Positions 1 to 9,315 of a stretch of DNA of 45,971 bases are shown piece after piece. The translations under genes were made by a program, and so were the position numbers. Numbering within the stretch: position 1 is the first letter of the stretch; every line of letters begins with the position of its first letter. The notes beneath the pieces were generated by a model. It worked only from the letters and a program-made list of their open reading frames with translations, searched no databases and was not told the origin of the DNA. Where the stretch lies: positions 1 through 45,971 of the forward strand of contig CAYFGV010000003.1 in assembly GCA_964342845.1 (NCBI GenBank), given 5' to 3'. Origin of the DNA: Candidatus Woesearchaeota archaeon. GTDB taxonomy: Archaea; Nanobdellota; Nanobdellia; SCGC-AAA011-G17; CAYFGV01.

Positions 1-16
1 AAATGTTGGTCTAACT

Positions 17-1804
17 TCACTTTATATATCCGCCTTTTTGTAAATTCCACAATCTCTTATAAACACCTTTTTCTCTTATCAATTTATTATGCTTCCCAAT
101 CTGAACAATTCTTCCTTTATCTAAAACAACAATAGCATCAGCCTTCATGATAGTAGACAATCTATGTGCAATAATAATCGAAGTCCTTCCTTTCATCAAC
201 CTCTCCAAATCTTTTTGAATCTCATGCTCTGTTTCAGAATCTAGAGCAGAAGTAGCCTCATCTAAAACAAGTATTTTCTTATCAGCTAAAATAGCCCTTG
301 CTATAGAAACTCTTTGTTTTTCTCCACCAGATAATTTAACACCCCTTTCTCCAACAATAGTCTTATCACCACTAGGAAATTCTTTTACAACTTTATCTAA
401 CTGAGCAAATTTCATAGCTTTCAAAACATCTTCTCTACTAGCCTGAGGATTTGAAAATAGAATATTAGTATAAATTGTATCATCAAACAAAACACACTCC
501 TGCGGTACAATACTTAATTCTCCTCTCAAGCTTTCTTGTTCAAAGTTTTTAATATTCTTTCCATCAATTAAAATCTCTCCTTCATCAACGTCATACAACC
601 TATACAATAACTTAACTAGTGTAGTTTTTCCAGATCCAGAAGAACCAACAAAGGCAACTTTCTTATTCTTATTTATCTTCAAATTAAAATTAGAAAAGAT
701 CTTCCTTTTCTTATATTTAAAACTCACATTCCTAAATTCAATAGTCCCTTGTTTAACCTTCAACTCCCTAGCATTCTTTTTATCTTTAATATCATTCTCT
801 ACTTTTCCATATTGAAATAAATCTTCAAAGTCAGCCATAGAACCATAAAAGTTCCTTACACCCCACACAAAAGAAAATAAAGGACCCATTAAATTACCAT
901 AAACAGTAAAAATAAAAACCAAAGTACCTAATGTCAGTTCTCCTTCTAAAAATTGTACTATAGGAAAATACATCAAAAGAAGAGTCCCAACACCAATGAT
1001 TAATGTATGTCCAAAATCAAGCCACCTATAATAATCCCAATGTCTAAGTCTAGCGTTCTTAGTTTTCTTACTTAGCCTCGCATATCTATTTCTTATTTTA
1101 GATTCTTTTCCAAAATATTTTATAGAATCTATGTTAGTAAATACATCACTTACATTTGCCTTTTCTATATCTTCTCTTTCATTTACTTTTAAATTAGCCC
1201 CTTGTTGTATATGGTTAATAAAAAGACTATAAGCTATAAAAAGAACAACAGTACATAGCACTACAATAGCAGGTTCTATACTAAAATAAAATAAAGACCC
1301 TGTAACAATTATTAATTGGAAAACCAAAGGAGACAAATTAAACACTAATAGATCAGTCATCCTTTCAACACCCCTAGTTCCCCTGATTAATCTGCTTATC
1401 AAAGATCCAGTTTTGCTTGAAGTATGAAATTTATAAGACAATTGTATAAGGTGATTAAAAAACATTCTCCCTAGATCATACATGATTCCAGAATCTAATC
1501 GATTTACTAAATGAATTTTAAGCAAGTTCCCTACGCTCCTAACAACAAGAATAAAACCAAATACAACAACAATCATCAAAAGAATTTCTATAAATCCGCT
1601 TAATTCTAATGTTTCATTCACAAATTCTGTGCCTCTGTCCACTAAAATCTTAAATAATAATTTATCAACAAGATATGTAGATTCCACTATCAAAATAACC
1701 AAAAGAGTTCCTAAAAACAAAAACTTATATCTCTTTAAAAGATTAAAGTATATCTTAAAGTTATACTTAAAGTCTATTTTCCTTTTTTCCTGAGTATTTG
1801 CCAT
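17..1804 (-). CDS. ABC transporter, fused permease/ATPase (MsbA/MDR-type exporter)
   Basis: 595 aa. N-terminal multi-TM domain, then Walker A GSSGSGKTT, ABC signature LSGGEKQR, Walker B ILVLDEATSALD and H-loop IAHRLST. ATG start. Confidence 0.9.
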   Translation of the reverse strand: MANTQEKRKIDFKYNFKIYFNLLKRYKFLFLGTLLVILIVESTYLVDKLLFKILVDRGTEFVNETLELSGFIEILLMIVVVFGFILVVRSVGNLLKIHLVNRLDSGIMYDLGRMFFNHLIQLSYKFHTSSKTGSLISRLIRGTRGVERMTDLLVFNLSPLVFQLIIVTGSLFYFSIEPAIVVLCTVVLFIAYSLFINHIQQGANLKVNEREDIEKANVSDVFTNIDSIKYFGKESKIRNRYARLSKKTKNARLRHWDYYRWLDFGHTLIIGVGTLLLMYFPIVQFLEGELTLGTLVFIFTVYGNLMGPLFSFVWGVRNFYGSMADFEDLFQYGKVENDIKDKKNARELKVKQGTIEFRNVSFKYKKRKIFSNFNLKINKNKKVAFVGSSGSGKTTLVKLLYRLYDVDEGEILIDGKNIKNFEQESLRGELSIVPQECVLFDDTIYTNILFSNPQASREDVLKAMKFAQLDKVVKEFPSGDKTIVGERGVKLSGGEKQRVSIARAILADKKILVLDEATSALDSETEHEIQKDLERLMKGRTSIIIAHRLSTIMKADAIVVLDKGRIVQIGKHNKLIREKGVYKRLWNLQKGGYIK

Positions 1805-2014
1805 CTTCCTATATACACCATATATATTAAATTTAAATACTTATAAACATATTTACTATTATGCCAGATGAAAACATCATTTTCAACAAATTTATATCGA
1901 AAAAACAAATAGAATCCGCTCTCAAAGACGATGCCGATGAGGATATTATTGAGTAATCATTTCTAATCACACTATTATTTAAGAACCATTATTTATAAGC
2001 TTTTCTCTTGAACT

Positions 2015-2434
2015 TCATTTTTTATAAGATCTTTTAACAACAGCCCTTTCTTTAGGAATCTCATCAAGGCCAGCTTCTTGTTTTAAATAAATACAAATAG
2101 GCTCATAAATTTCACAAATTTCGATAAGTTCTTCCTCATACTCACTTTTATCATAAACCGCTAGTCTTTCTAACCTACTTAAACAAAGTTCAGATTTATT
2201 TGCAATATCTTTCCTCATAGCTCCAAGTTTATAATTTGACTTCCGTTTTTTTAAAATACTCTTCTTTAAAGCTTTATTAAATCCTACAATATCACCTTCA
2301 ATAATCTTAAAATAAATCCTAATCTCAGAAGTAACCCCTTTAGTTCTATCTCCAGAACAATAATCTAAAAAATTTAAACAATTGCTTAATTTCTTAAACT
2401 CTTCCAAACCCAATAAATATCTTAACTGAACCAC
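2015..2434 (-). CDS. hypothetical protein
   Basis: 139-aa ORF with no recognisable motif. The start codon is GTG (cac on the + strand at 2432-2434). Same strand as the neighbouring genes. Confidence 0.4.
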   Translation of the reverse strand: MVQLRYLLGLEEFKKLSNCLNFLDYCSGDRTKGVTSEIRIYFKIIEGDIVGFNKALKKSILKKRKSNYKLGAMRKDIANKSELCLSRLERLAVYDKSEYEEELIEICEIYEPICIYLKQEAGLDEIPKERAVVKRSYKK

Positions 2435-2470
2435 TCAGAAAAGTAGAAACATCAAAACTTATAAATCCTT

Positions 2471-2833
2471 CTAAAAATACTTCTTCAAATCAGCTTCCTT
2501 CTTCTTAACAAAATCTTTAATCTTTCTCCACCCAAGAATCTCTAAATTCTTCTCTGAACCACAATTAGAACATTTCTTAGGAACAATTTCAGTTGTATTA
2601 CTCATCCACTCCCAGCCGCAATCCTTACACAACATACTATATCTTCCAGCACCATCAGAAAATTCTATCCTTCTCTCACGAAAAACAAACAAAACTACCT
2701 CAAAAATAATCACAAACCCAATCAACCCAAAAACACCCTTCAAAATAAAACTATCGACCTCACCAACAAAATAAAAACCAGCCAAACTAACTAAAAACAC
2801 CAAAATATAAACTAAAACTCGCTTTTCAGTCAT
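2471..2833 (-). CDS. membrane-anchored zinc-ribbon protein
   Basis: 120 aa. Two N-terminal hydrophobic helices (LVYILVFLVSLAGFYFV, GLIGFVIIFEVVLFVF), then CKDCGWEW...CSNCGS (CxxC-x21-CxxC). Confidence 0.6.
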   Translation of the reverse strand: MTEKRVLVYILVFLVSLAGFYFVGEVDSFILKGVFGLIGFVIIFEVVLFVFRERRIEFSDGAGRYSMLCKDCGWEWMSNTTEIVPKKCSNCGSEKNLEILGWRKIKDFVKKKEADLKKYF

Positions 2834-2930
2834 AAAAACAGTAATACTTTGAAATATATAAATTTAACCAATCTTTTTAAACACAATAAAAAACTAAGTT
2901 TTACTATTTGCAATGTTTTGCTAATGTAAC

Positions 2931-3500
2931 TCAATTAAAATCATGGCCTTGCTTTTCCAAAAGCATAAAAGGATATCCTCGATAGTCTTCTTCACCAACT
3001 TCAGCTCTAATTTCTTTTGTAATATTATATAAGTATTGCTTAGCCTCTTTTGGGTTATCAAACTTGGTTGTTAACTCAAGTTCTATAAATTCGCCCAATT
3101 CTTTAATTTTATCAACTGATATTTCAACACCTTTATACAGCCAGCTGGATCTTTCCTTTTTTACTTCAACCATTTTTTTAAAATCTAAACGTTCCAATAT
3201 TTTTTTAATAACAAGGCTATTGACAATTGCTTCAAACTCATCACAATAATCTGTCTTCTTTACATTCTCTGGATAAAAGTGTTTATAGTTTAAAACAATA
3301 CTCTTATCTGATTCTCTAACTCGTAACCATTGAAAAGGATAATCAGGTTCTAGAAAATTTTTATGCGTAGGAGTAAAGTATGTATCTACTTGGACTGAGT
3401 TTTCCACTTTTTTTTCTGCAAATTTATTTAGAAAATTAACTACTTGTTCAACATTTTTCAGTGGAAACTTTACTTCTATTTCTATATTATTATGTGCCAT
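2931..3500 (-). CDS. CYTH-domain protein (CyaB-type class IV adenylyl cyclase / triphosphate tunnel metalloenzyme family)
   Basis: 189 aa. N-terminal IEIEVKF (ExExK signature) and a later FIELEL acidic strand. Size is typical of stand-alone CYTH proteins. Confidence 0.8.
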   Translation of the reverse strand: MAHNNIEIEVKFPLKNVEQVVNFLNKFAEKKVENSVQVDTYFTPTHKNFLEPDYPFQWLRVRESDKSIVLNYKHFYPENVKKTDYCDEFEAIVNSLVIKKILERLDFKKMVEVKKERSSWLYKGVEISVDKIKELGEFIELELTTKFDNPKEAKQYLYNITKEIRAEVGEEDYRGYPFMLLEKQGHDFN

Positions 3501-3522
3501 ACCAATGGAATTAATTATACCT

Positions 3523-5337
3523 TTATATATTTTTGGATAAATCTGTAATAGATAGAATTTTTTTTATTTCTGCCATAAGGTTGAACCTCTTTTCTAGAAT
3601 CTTTTGCTCTCTTTCATTTGATAGGTTTTCTTCATTTTTTTTTGCAAGACTATTCGAGATTATATGGATATAGCTAAAATTTATTCCAGACTCTATAGCT
3701 CCTTTAGCAAAGTGTCCAATTTCAGGATCAACAAAATCAAAATTTTGATTCTTAGAAAACCATTTCTTATCTTCAAGTAATGTTGATGGACTAGTGTAAT
3801 GTGCACCTTTAACCAATATAGGGTTATCGACATCCTCAAAAAGACTATTCCAGTAAATTTTTTTACCCTTAACAAAACTAAATCTTCCTGTTGCGAGATG
3901 GATATTTGGAACTACTTTTTTCTTAAGACTACCTAACTTTCCAATATATACTAGAGATTTTACCCCCAACTCTTTAGCTAAATATTTTGTTACAACTTCA
4001 GAGATATCTCCCCAGAGACTATGTTTGCATCCTAGAAGGGTTAATTCATTAATGCCTATTTTTTCATGTTTATAAAGAAATGCACCCTTTCCTTTCCAAG
4101 AACCAGCACCTCCAAGATTTGTAAGACCAAAACCCATAATAACTATTTTTTTAGGCTGAATCGCACATAGATTAGATTTTAAAACTAAGAGGTTAAGTTC
4201 CTCTAAAGAAGGTTCCAAATAAAAAACGTGGTCATATTTTCTACTATTGATAGCTAAGTAAGTTGCTATCAATGAAGCATAGTGCATAACATAATCTTTC
4301 CCTGTTGGAACAAGAATAGTTAAGACATTGTCTTTTATTTTTGCGGTTGGCCGATGTAGGTTAAATAATTTATCATCTTTTTCGTTATCTCCGATAATTG
4401 CACTTCGATTATATTGGCCTTTAACTAAAATTTTTCTAAATTTTCTCTCTTTTATGAGGTGGTGCATTTTAGTTTCTAGATACTTATAAAGCTGATCTTC
4501 CATTGTATGGTTTAAAACATCTTTTATTACAACAGGATATTTTTCTTCTGAATTAGCAGATTGGTTTAAAATAAATATGTTGTGCTTCATCAATTTATAA
4601 ATTTCTTGGCTAAAATGATCAAAGAAATCTATGGGTTCTTTTGGTTTAGAATAAGGTTGGCCTTTTTCTAATAAAATTTTGCTACTTGCAGTTTTATACC
4701 CTGCACTACTATCATTTCTTTTAATAAATTGATATTTTGATAATTTCTCAAGCTCAAGATTTCCTGAATCAGAAAACCCTAAGAGGTGATGGGGCTTTGA
4801 ATAATCAATAATTCCTTTATTTATTAATATCTTAATAAGGTGTTCTCTATAAGTTATGTTTCCCTTGGGCAGGAAATTATTAAAAAGTTTTGAGACAGTA
4901 AAAGATAAACCTAGATTATCGATTGCAGGATTTCTAGAAAAGATTTCATAACATTTAATATATTCATCTAAATTACAACCTTGGGGAACTGCCATCAGCT
5001 TCATTTCTCCTTTATCTGGTAAAATTCTGATAAATTCTTCGGTTAGTTTGAGTGTTGCATTGTAATCATTAATTACGTCAGGCAAAATTACTTCGTCAGG
5101 TTTAACTAATGAGATACATTTTAATAGACTAGAAAGATTTACAGACTTTCCTAGATAGGGAGCAGAGTTATCTAAAATTATATATATTCCTTTTGCTTTA
5201 ATCTCTTTAACAATTGTAAGGTATTTTTTGCTTTCAAGAATTAAATGAGCCATAACAATACAAACCTGACTAGAATTATCTTCAATGAAATATCTTCGCA
5301 TAAAGTTTATTGGCATGATATTTAAAATTTTGATCAT
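3523..5337 (-). CDS. multidomain protein; C-terminal PNP/UDP-family nucleoside-phosphorylase-like domain, N-terminal alpha/beta (possibly TIM-barrel, transglycosylase-like) domain
   Basis: 604 aa, ATG start overlapping the upstream gene stop (ATGA). The C-terminal region (LLGCKHSLWGD...ELGVKSLVYIGKLGSL...FVDPEIGHFAKGAIESGINFSYIHIISN) matches the strand/loop pattern of the PNP_UDP_1 fold. The N-terminal 260 aa carry ILDNSA, ILPDV, AVPQG and HHLLG strand-end motifs. Confidence 0.7.
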   Translation of the reverse strand: MIKILNIMPINFMRRYFIEDNSSQVCIVMAHLILESKKYLTIVKEIKAKGIYIILDNSAPYLGKSVNLSSLLKCISLVKPDEVILPDVINDYNATLKLTEEFIRILPDKGEMKLMAVPQGCNLDEYIKCYEIFSRNPAIDNLGLSFTVSKLFNNFLPKGNITYREHLIKILINKGIIDYSKPHHLLGFSDSGNLELEKLSKYQFIKRNDSSAGYKTASSKILLEKGQPYSKPKEPIDFFDHFSQEIYKLMKHNIFILNQSANSEEKYPVVIKDVLNHTMEDQLYKYLETKMHHLIKERKFRKILVKGQYNRSAIIGDNEKDDKLFNLHRPTAKIKDNVLTILVPTGKDYVMHYASLIATYLAINSRKYDHVFYLEPSLEELNLLVLKSNLCAIQPKKIVIMGFGLTNLGGAGSWKGKGAFLYKHEKIGINELTLLGCKHSLWGDISEVVTKYLAKELGVKSLVYIGKLGSLKKKVVPNIHLATGRFSFVKGKKIYWNSLFEDVDNPILVKGAHYTSPSTLLEDKKWFSKNQNFDFVDPEIGHFAKGAIESGINFSYIHIISNSLAKKNEENLSNEREQKILEKRFNLMAEIKKILSITDLSKNI

Positions 5338-6146
5338 AACATGTTCTCCTTGACTGAATCAACAACTTTATCCAGAGATTGACTTGCATCAATTTTTACT
5401 AGTTGTACTCCTAATTTTTCTCTTGCTAACAGTACAACATCTAAATAAGTTTTAGCTTGTCTCTCAATTTCCTCATATGTCATAAAATCCCATATTCTAA
5501 ATTTCTTTTTTTGGAAAGAGATTCCTGAATATAAAACATCTAATGACCTATCAATAACAGCTTTTTTAATTTCGTCAGGGGCAGGAATCAATTCAGTTAG
5601 TTTAGAAACTTGTCCACTTATAGGTTCCCTTTCTTCAAGACTCCTACAAACCATTCTAGTATAAACAGTTATAGGATCCACTTCAAATAGAAAAATTTTA
5701 TCCAAGGATAGTTGACTAGTTAAAAATAACCCTTCTTCTAAGATTTCACTTAAATAAGGATTCTTTGAGTTCACTGAAGAAGCATATGCCCAAGACATTA
5801 AAGGTGTTCTGTCTAATAAAGAGACAGATCTCTTTTCATCAAATAGAATTTTTTGGTATTCTTTTACTTGTTGTCTAATGGCTAATCTAAAAATTTTATC
5901 TTTAAGAAAATCTCTTTCTTGTTCTACTGTAAGTCGTCCTTCCCTTCTAAGCCTTTCTCGATAATCTAAAATTTCTTTGAGTCTAAGCATTCTAGGATTG
6001 TCTCCAATTCCGCCGATTTTATTAATTCTTGGAAGATATTCTCTGTCCAAATACCAAAAATTTATTTCTTTAATTGCTGTGCTCTTTCCAGATGCGTTAA
6101 TTCCTTCAAAAGCATATGTTGCTGAGGGTTTGCCGAGTTTTTCCAT
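5334..6146 (-). CDS. thymidylate-kinase-family P-loop nucleotide kinase
   Basis: P-loop FEGINASGKST (compare dTMP kinase EGxDGxGKST), LLDRTPLMSWAYAS (DRy..S..AY region) and a lid-like VDPITVYTRMVCR. The ORF-track start at 6155 is TTG. The ATG at 6146 lies about 25-32 nt from a TATA-like element (6169-6182), so it is preferred. Confidence 0.7.
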   Translation of the reverse strand: MEKLGKPSATYAFEGINASGKSTAIKEINFWYLDREYLPRINKIGGIGDNPRMLRLKEILDYRERLRREGRLTVEQERDFLKDKIFRLAIRQQVKEYQKILFDEKRSVSLLDRTPLMSWAYASSVNSKNPYLSEILEEGLFLTSQLSLDKIFLFEVDPITVYTRMVCRSLEEREPISGQVSKLTELIPAPDEIKKAVIDRSLDVLYSGISFQKKKFRIWDFMTYEEIERQAKTYLDVVLLAREKLGVQLVKIDASQSLDKVVDSVKENML

Positions 6147-6263
6147 AATTTTCAAAACAATATCGTGTTTATATAATTTTCTAATGTAGTAACTTTATAG
6201 TAATTCTAACAAAGATTAGTTAATAAACTAAATAGCTGTTACAACAGATTTAACCAAAATCTA

Positions 6264-6271
6264 TTTATATA
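6264..6271 (+). promoter_or_regulatory. TATA box (TTTATATA) for the aminotransferase gene
   Basis: 28 nt upstream of the ATG at 6292. Matches the window-wide promoter consensus. Confidence 0.45.
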
Positions 6272-6291
6272 CATAATTCAAAATCAATTAT

Positions 6292-7434
6292 ATGAAAGAA
6301 ATATCAGAGAGAGAATCAGAACTTCCAGATGCTATGACAGGTCAGCTACAAAGAATAGCTTCAGAATCAAAAGATATAATCTCTTTATCAATAGGAGAGC
6401 CAGACTTCTTAACTCCAAAGCCAATTTTAAACACAATAAAAAAACAATTAAAATACTCAACCCGTTACACTTCACCAGAAGGCATTCCAGAACTAAGAGA
6501 AGCAATCTCAAAAAAATTAAAAGAAAACAAAATAAAACTTCCAAAAGAAAATATTCTAGTCTCTTCAGGAAGCCAGGCAGCATTCTTCACAGCATTGTTA
6601 GTAACATTAGATCCTGCAGACCAAGTTATACTACCCAATCCTTCTTACATGGGTTACATTCCTGCAATAGAACTAGTAAATGCCACTCCAATCTACATAA
6701 AACTTGAACAAGAAAATAATTTTGAAATAAATCCCGATGAAATTAAATCTGCAATAAATAAGAAAAAAACAAAAGTAATAATCTTAAACTCTCCTTCAAA
6801 CCCAACAGGAACAATAATTAGGAAAAAGATTCTAGAAGAAATAGCAGACATAGCAGTAAACCACGACTTATATATTTTCTCAGATGAGGCATATGAAAAA
6901 ATAGTCTACAATAAAGAATACACTTCAATAGGCTCATTAAATGGTATGAAGCCATATGTAATAACCTTTCAAAGTTTATCTAAGACATATGCAATGCCAG
7001 GCTTTAGATTAGGGTATGCAGCAGGCCCAAAAGAAATAATTCAAGCAATGAAAAAAACCTCTAATTACATAACTCTCTGCCCCCCACACATATCACAACT
7101 AGCAGCTCTAAAAGCCTTAACATTAAACAAAAGATATGTAAATAAAATGGTAAAAAGCTACAAAAAAAGAAGAGATTTCTTAATCCCTAAACTAAACGAA
7201 CTAAACTTAACAACAGTAAATCCAGATGGAGCATTCTATGCATTCTCAAATATTAAAGAATATTCAAAAAACAGTGTCAACTTCACAAAAAAATTAATCA
7301 AAGAAATAAAAGTCGCAACAGTTCCTGGTTCTGAATTTGGTAAGTTTGGAGAAGGATTCATAAGATTCAGTTATGCAGCTGATATAAAATTAATTAAAAA
7401 AGCAGTAGAAAGATTAGAAAAATACTTAACCTAA
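6292..7434 (+). CDS. PLP-dependent aminotransferase, class I/II (aspartate aminotransferase-like)
   Basis: 380 aa. The PLP-lysine motif SLSKTYAMPGFRLGY, NPSNPTG and overall length are typical of AspC-type enzymes. Confidence 0.9.
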   Translation: MKEISERESELPDAMTGQLQRIASESKDIISLSIGEPDFLTPKPILNTIKKQLKYSTRYTSPEGIPELREAISKKLKENKIKLPKENILVSSGSQAAFFTALLVTLDPADQVILPNPSYMGYIPAIELVNATPIYIKLEQENNFEINPDEIKSAINKKKTKVIILNSPSNPTGTIIRKKILEEIADIAVNHDLYIFSDEAYEKIVYNKEYTSIGSLNGMKPYVITFQSLSKTYAMPGFRLGYAAGPKEIIQAMKKTSNYITLCPPHISQLAALKALTLNKRYVNKMVKSYKKRRDFLIPKLNELNLTTVNPDGAFYAFSNIKEYSKNSVNFTKKLIKEIKVATVPGSEFGKFGEGFIRFSYAADIKLIKKAVERLEKYLT

Positions 7435-8136
7435 ATAATCCATTGTTCTTTTCTTTTCTCTTAACGCAGAACTCTTTTTAGTCTGACTCATTAAGCCCTT
7501 TAATTTGCCTTCAAACTCTTCAGCTTTTTTCAACAAAGGCTTATAATCTACTTTCAAATTTAAATAAGCATCCAACATCTCAATAACTTTAGCTGAAGCC
7601 CGAGAATCAGGTAAAGCACTATGTGTTTCAGCAAATAAACAACTTAACTTAACACCTTTAACCTTACTTAACAAAGCAGCTGTAACTCCCATAACAATTC
7701 CCTCACTCATTTCACTAGCACCAGCTTTTTCCCAACTCTTAAGATTTTTATCAGAATAAATAAAGACACCGCCTTCACCACCTTCTTTGCCAACAGCACC
7801 TACACCTTCAACACTAATAATTTCTTTAGCACTTAACTCTTTAGCAACTTTGTTTAAAGCATCAGCAATTTTCCATTCCATTCCAGCTACCTGTGTCAAA
7901 GCATGAAAAATAACTAAATTATATTTTTTACTATAATAAACAGCCAAAGGATCTAAAACTTTGCCATCATGAATAGCTAATATGGGTGCTAAATCGTCAA
8001 ACCATATGGTGCCTATTTTTTCAGCATCCAAATGATCAATCAAAAATTCAGTAACTATTGTTCCAATCAAACCAATACCAGGAAAACCTTCTATAATTGT
8101 AACATTTTTTGGTTTTTTAGTAAATTCTATCTTCAT
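7426..8136 (-). CDS. PAC2-family proteasome assembly chaperone
   Basis: 236 aa. N-terminal IIEGFPGIGLIGTIV motif typical of archaeal PAC2/PbaA-B proteins. ATG start. Confidence 0.75.
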   Translation of the reverse strand: MKIEFTKKPKNVTIIEGFPGIGLIGTIVTEFLIDHLDAEKIGTIWFDDLAPILAIHDGKVLDPLAVYYSKKYNLVIFHALTQVAGMEWKIADALNKVAKELSAKEIISVEGVGAVGKEGGEGGVFIYSDKNLKSWEKAGASEMSEGIVMGVTAALLSKVKGVKLSCLFAETHSALPDSRASAKVIEMLDAYLNLKVDYKPLLKKAEEFEGKLKGLMSQTKKSSALREKKRTMDYLG

Positions 8137-8231
8137 ATACTTAAAACATTAATCTTCTCTTTATATAAATTTCTGTTTTCCACACCAATAATAAGAAAAT
8201 ATTTAAAAGAAGAGGTTGTTAAAAATTCCTT

Positions 8232-8987
8232 ATGGAAGTTAAACTTAGACGTATATACACAGGAAAAGATGCTCCTCAAGAAGCTAAAATAGAATACGAT
8301 AAAACATCCAAAAAAAGACCAGCTTGGATTTTAGTTAAAAATCTCCCAGATAACATTGTCCACCTAAGTGTAAAAGTAAATGAAAACAGAATATTTTACA
8401 GAATTCATCTTTCTTCCAAAGTACCCCTATTTTTACCTTCAGATTATACAAAAGAAGAAATGAAAAAATTTTATGATAAATTATCAGAAGTATATGACTC
8501 TTTTGTTGAAGTTAATCTTTTAGCCTCAAAATTCTTATTAGAAAATCTTAAACTGAAAAAAGATTCAAAAATATTAGATTTAGGAGCAGGAACAGGGCTT
8601 TCTTCAATACCCTTTGCAGAAAAAGGCTACGATGTAACTTTAATAGACTTCTCAAAAAAAATGTTAGAAAAAGCTAAAAAAAGAAAAGAATTAAAAAACT
8701 GTAAATTTATATATCAAGATATAACAAAACTAAATCTAAAAGAAAAATTTGATCTTATGCTAAGTGTATTCTCCTTTGCTTCAAACACTTATCTAAATGA
8801 AAAAGAAATGCCTGCAACCTGGGAAAAAATAGCTAACCACTTAGAGCTTGAAGGAAAATTAGTCTTATTAGGCTATGATTATGAACCTCCTAGTGATTTA
8901 TTTAAAAAAATAAAATCAGGAAAATATGAGATTATTCCAACTTATGAAACTAAATATTATATTGGAGAAAAATGCAAGAATTCATAA
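8232..8987 (+). CDS. class I SAM-dependent methyltransferase
   Basis: 251 aa. SAM motif I ILDLGAGTGLSS and motif II VTLIDFS. The 3' end overlaps the next gene by 16 nt. Confidence 0.8.
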   Translation: MEVKLRRIYTGKDAPQEAKIEYDKTSKKRPAWILVKNLPDNIVHLSVKVNENRIFYRIHLSSKVPLFLPSDYTKEEMKKFYDKLSEVYDSFVEVNLLASKFLLENLKLKKDSKILDLGAGTGLSSIPFAEKGYDVTLIDFSKKMLEKAKKRKELKNCKFIYQDITKLNLKEKFDLMLSVFSFASNTYLNEKEMPATWEKIANHLELEGKLVLLGYDYEPPSDLFKKIKSGKYEIIPTYETKYYIGEKCKNS

Positions 8988-9307
8988 ATCTATTAAAAAA
9001 ACCTGAAGCAGCAATCATAGTAGAAGGAAAAAAAGACCAGCAAGCTTTAAAAGAATTTGATATTCCTTCAATTCAATTAAACAACCAACCAATATACAAA
9101 GTCGTAGAATCTATAGAGCAAAAAGAAGTTATTATCCTGACAGACTTAGATAAAGCAGGTAGAAAATTATACTCAAAATTAAAACACAATTTACAGAAAA
9201 AAGGAAAAAGAATCAATGATAAACCAAGAGAATTTCTTTTTAAAAACACAAGAATAACATATATAGAATCACTAAAAAGATTAAATTTAAAAACAAACAA
9301 CTTCTAA
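8972..9307 (+). CDS. small Toprim-domain protein (RNase M5 / small primase-like family)
   Basis: 111 aa. Toprim glutamate in IIVEGKKDQQAL and DxD in IILTDLDKAGRKL. Confidence 0.75.
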   Translation: MQEFINLLKKPEAAIIVEGKKDQQALKEFDIPSIQLNNQPIYKVVESIEQKEVIILTDLDKAGRKLYSKLKHNLQKKGKRINDKPREFLFKNTRITYIESLKRLNLKTNNF

Positions 9308-9315
9308 ATAACATA

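Noticed and set aside
1861-1956. 31-aa + strand ORF (MPDENIIFNKFISKKQIESALKDDADEDIIE) with a TATA-like CTTATAAA about 20 nt upstream
   Set aside because: It is too short and unsupported to call. The same spacer must also hold the divergent promoter of the ABC transporter gene, which explains the TATA-like sequence.
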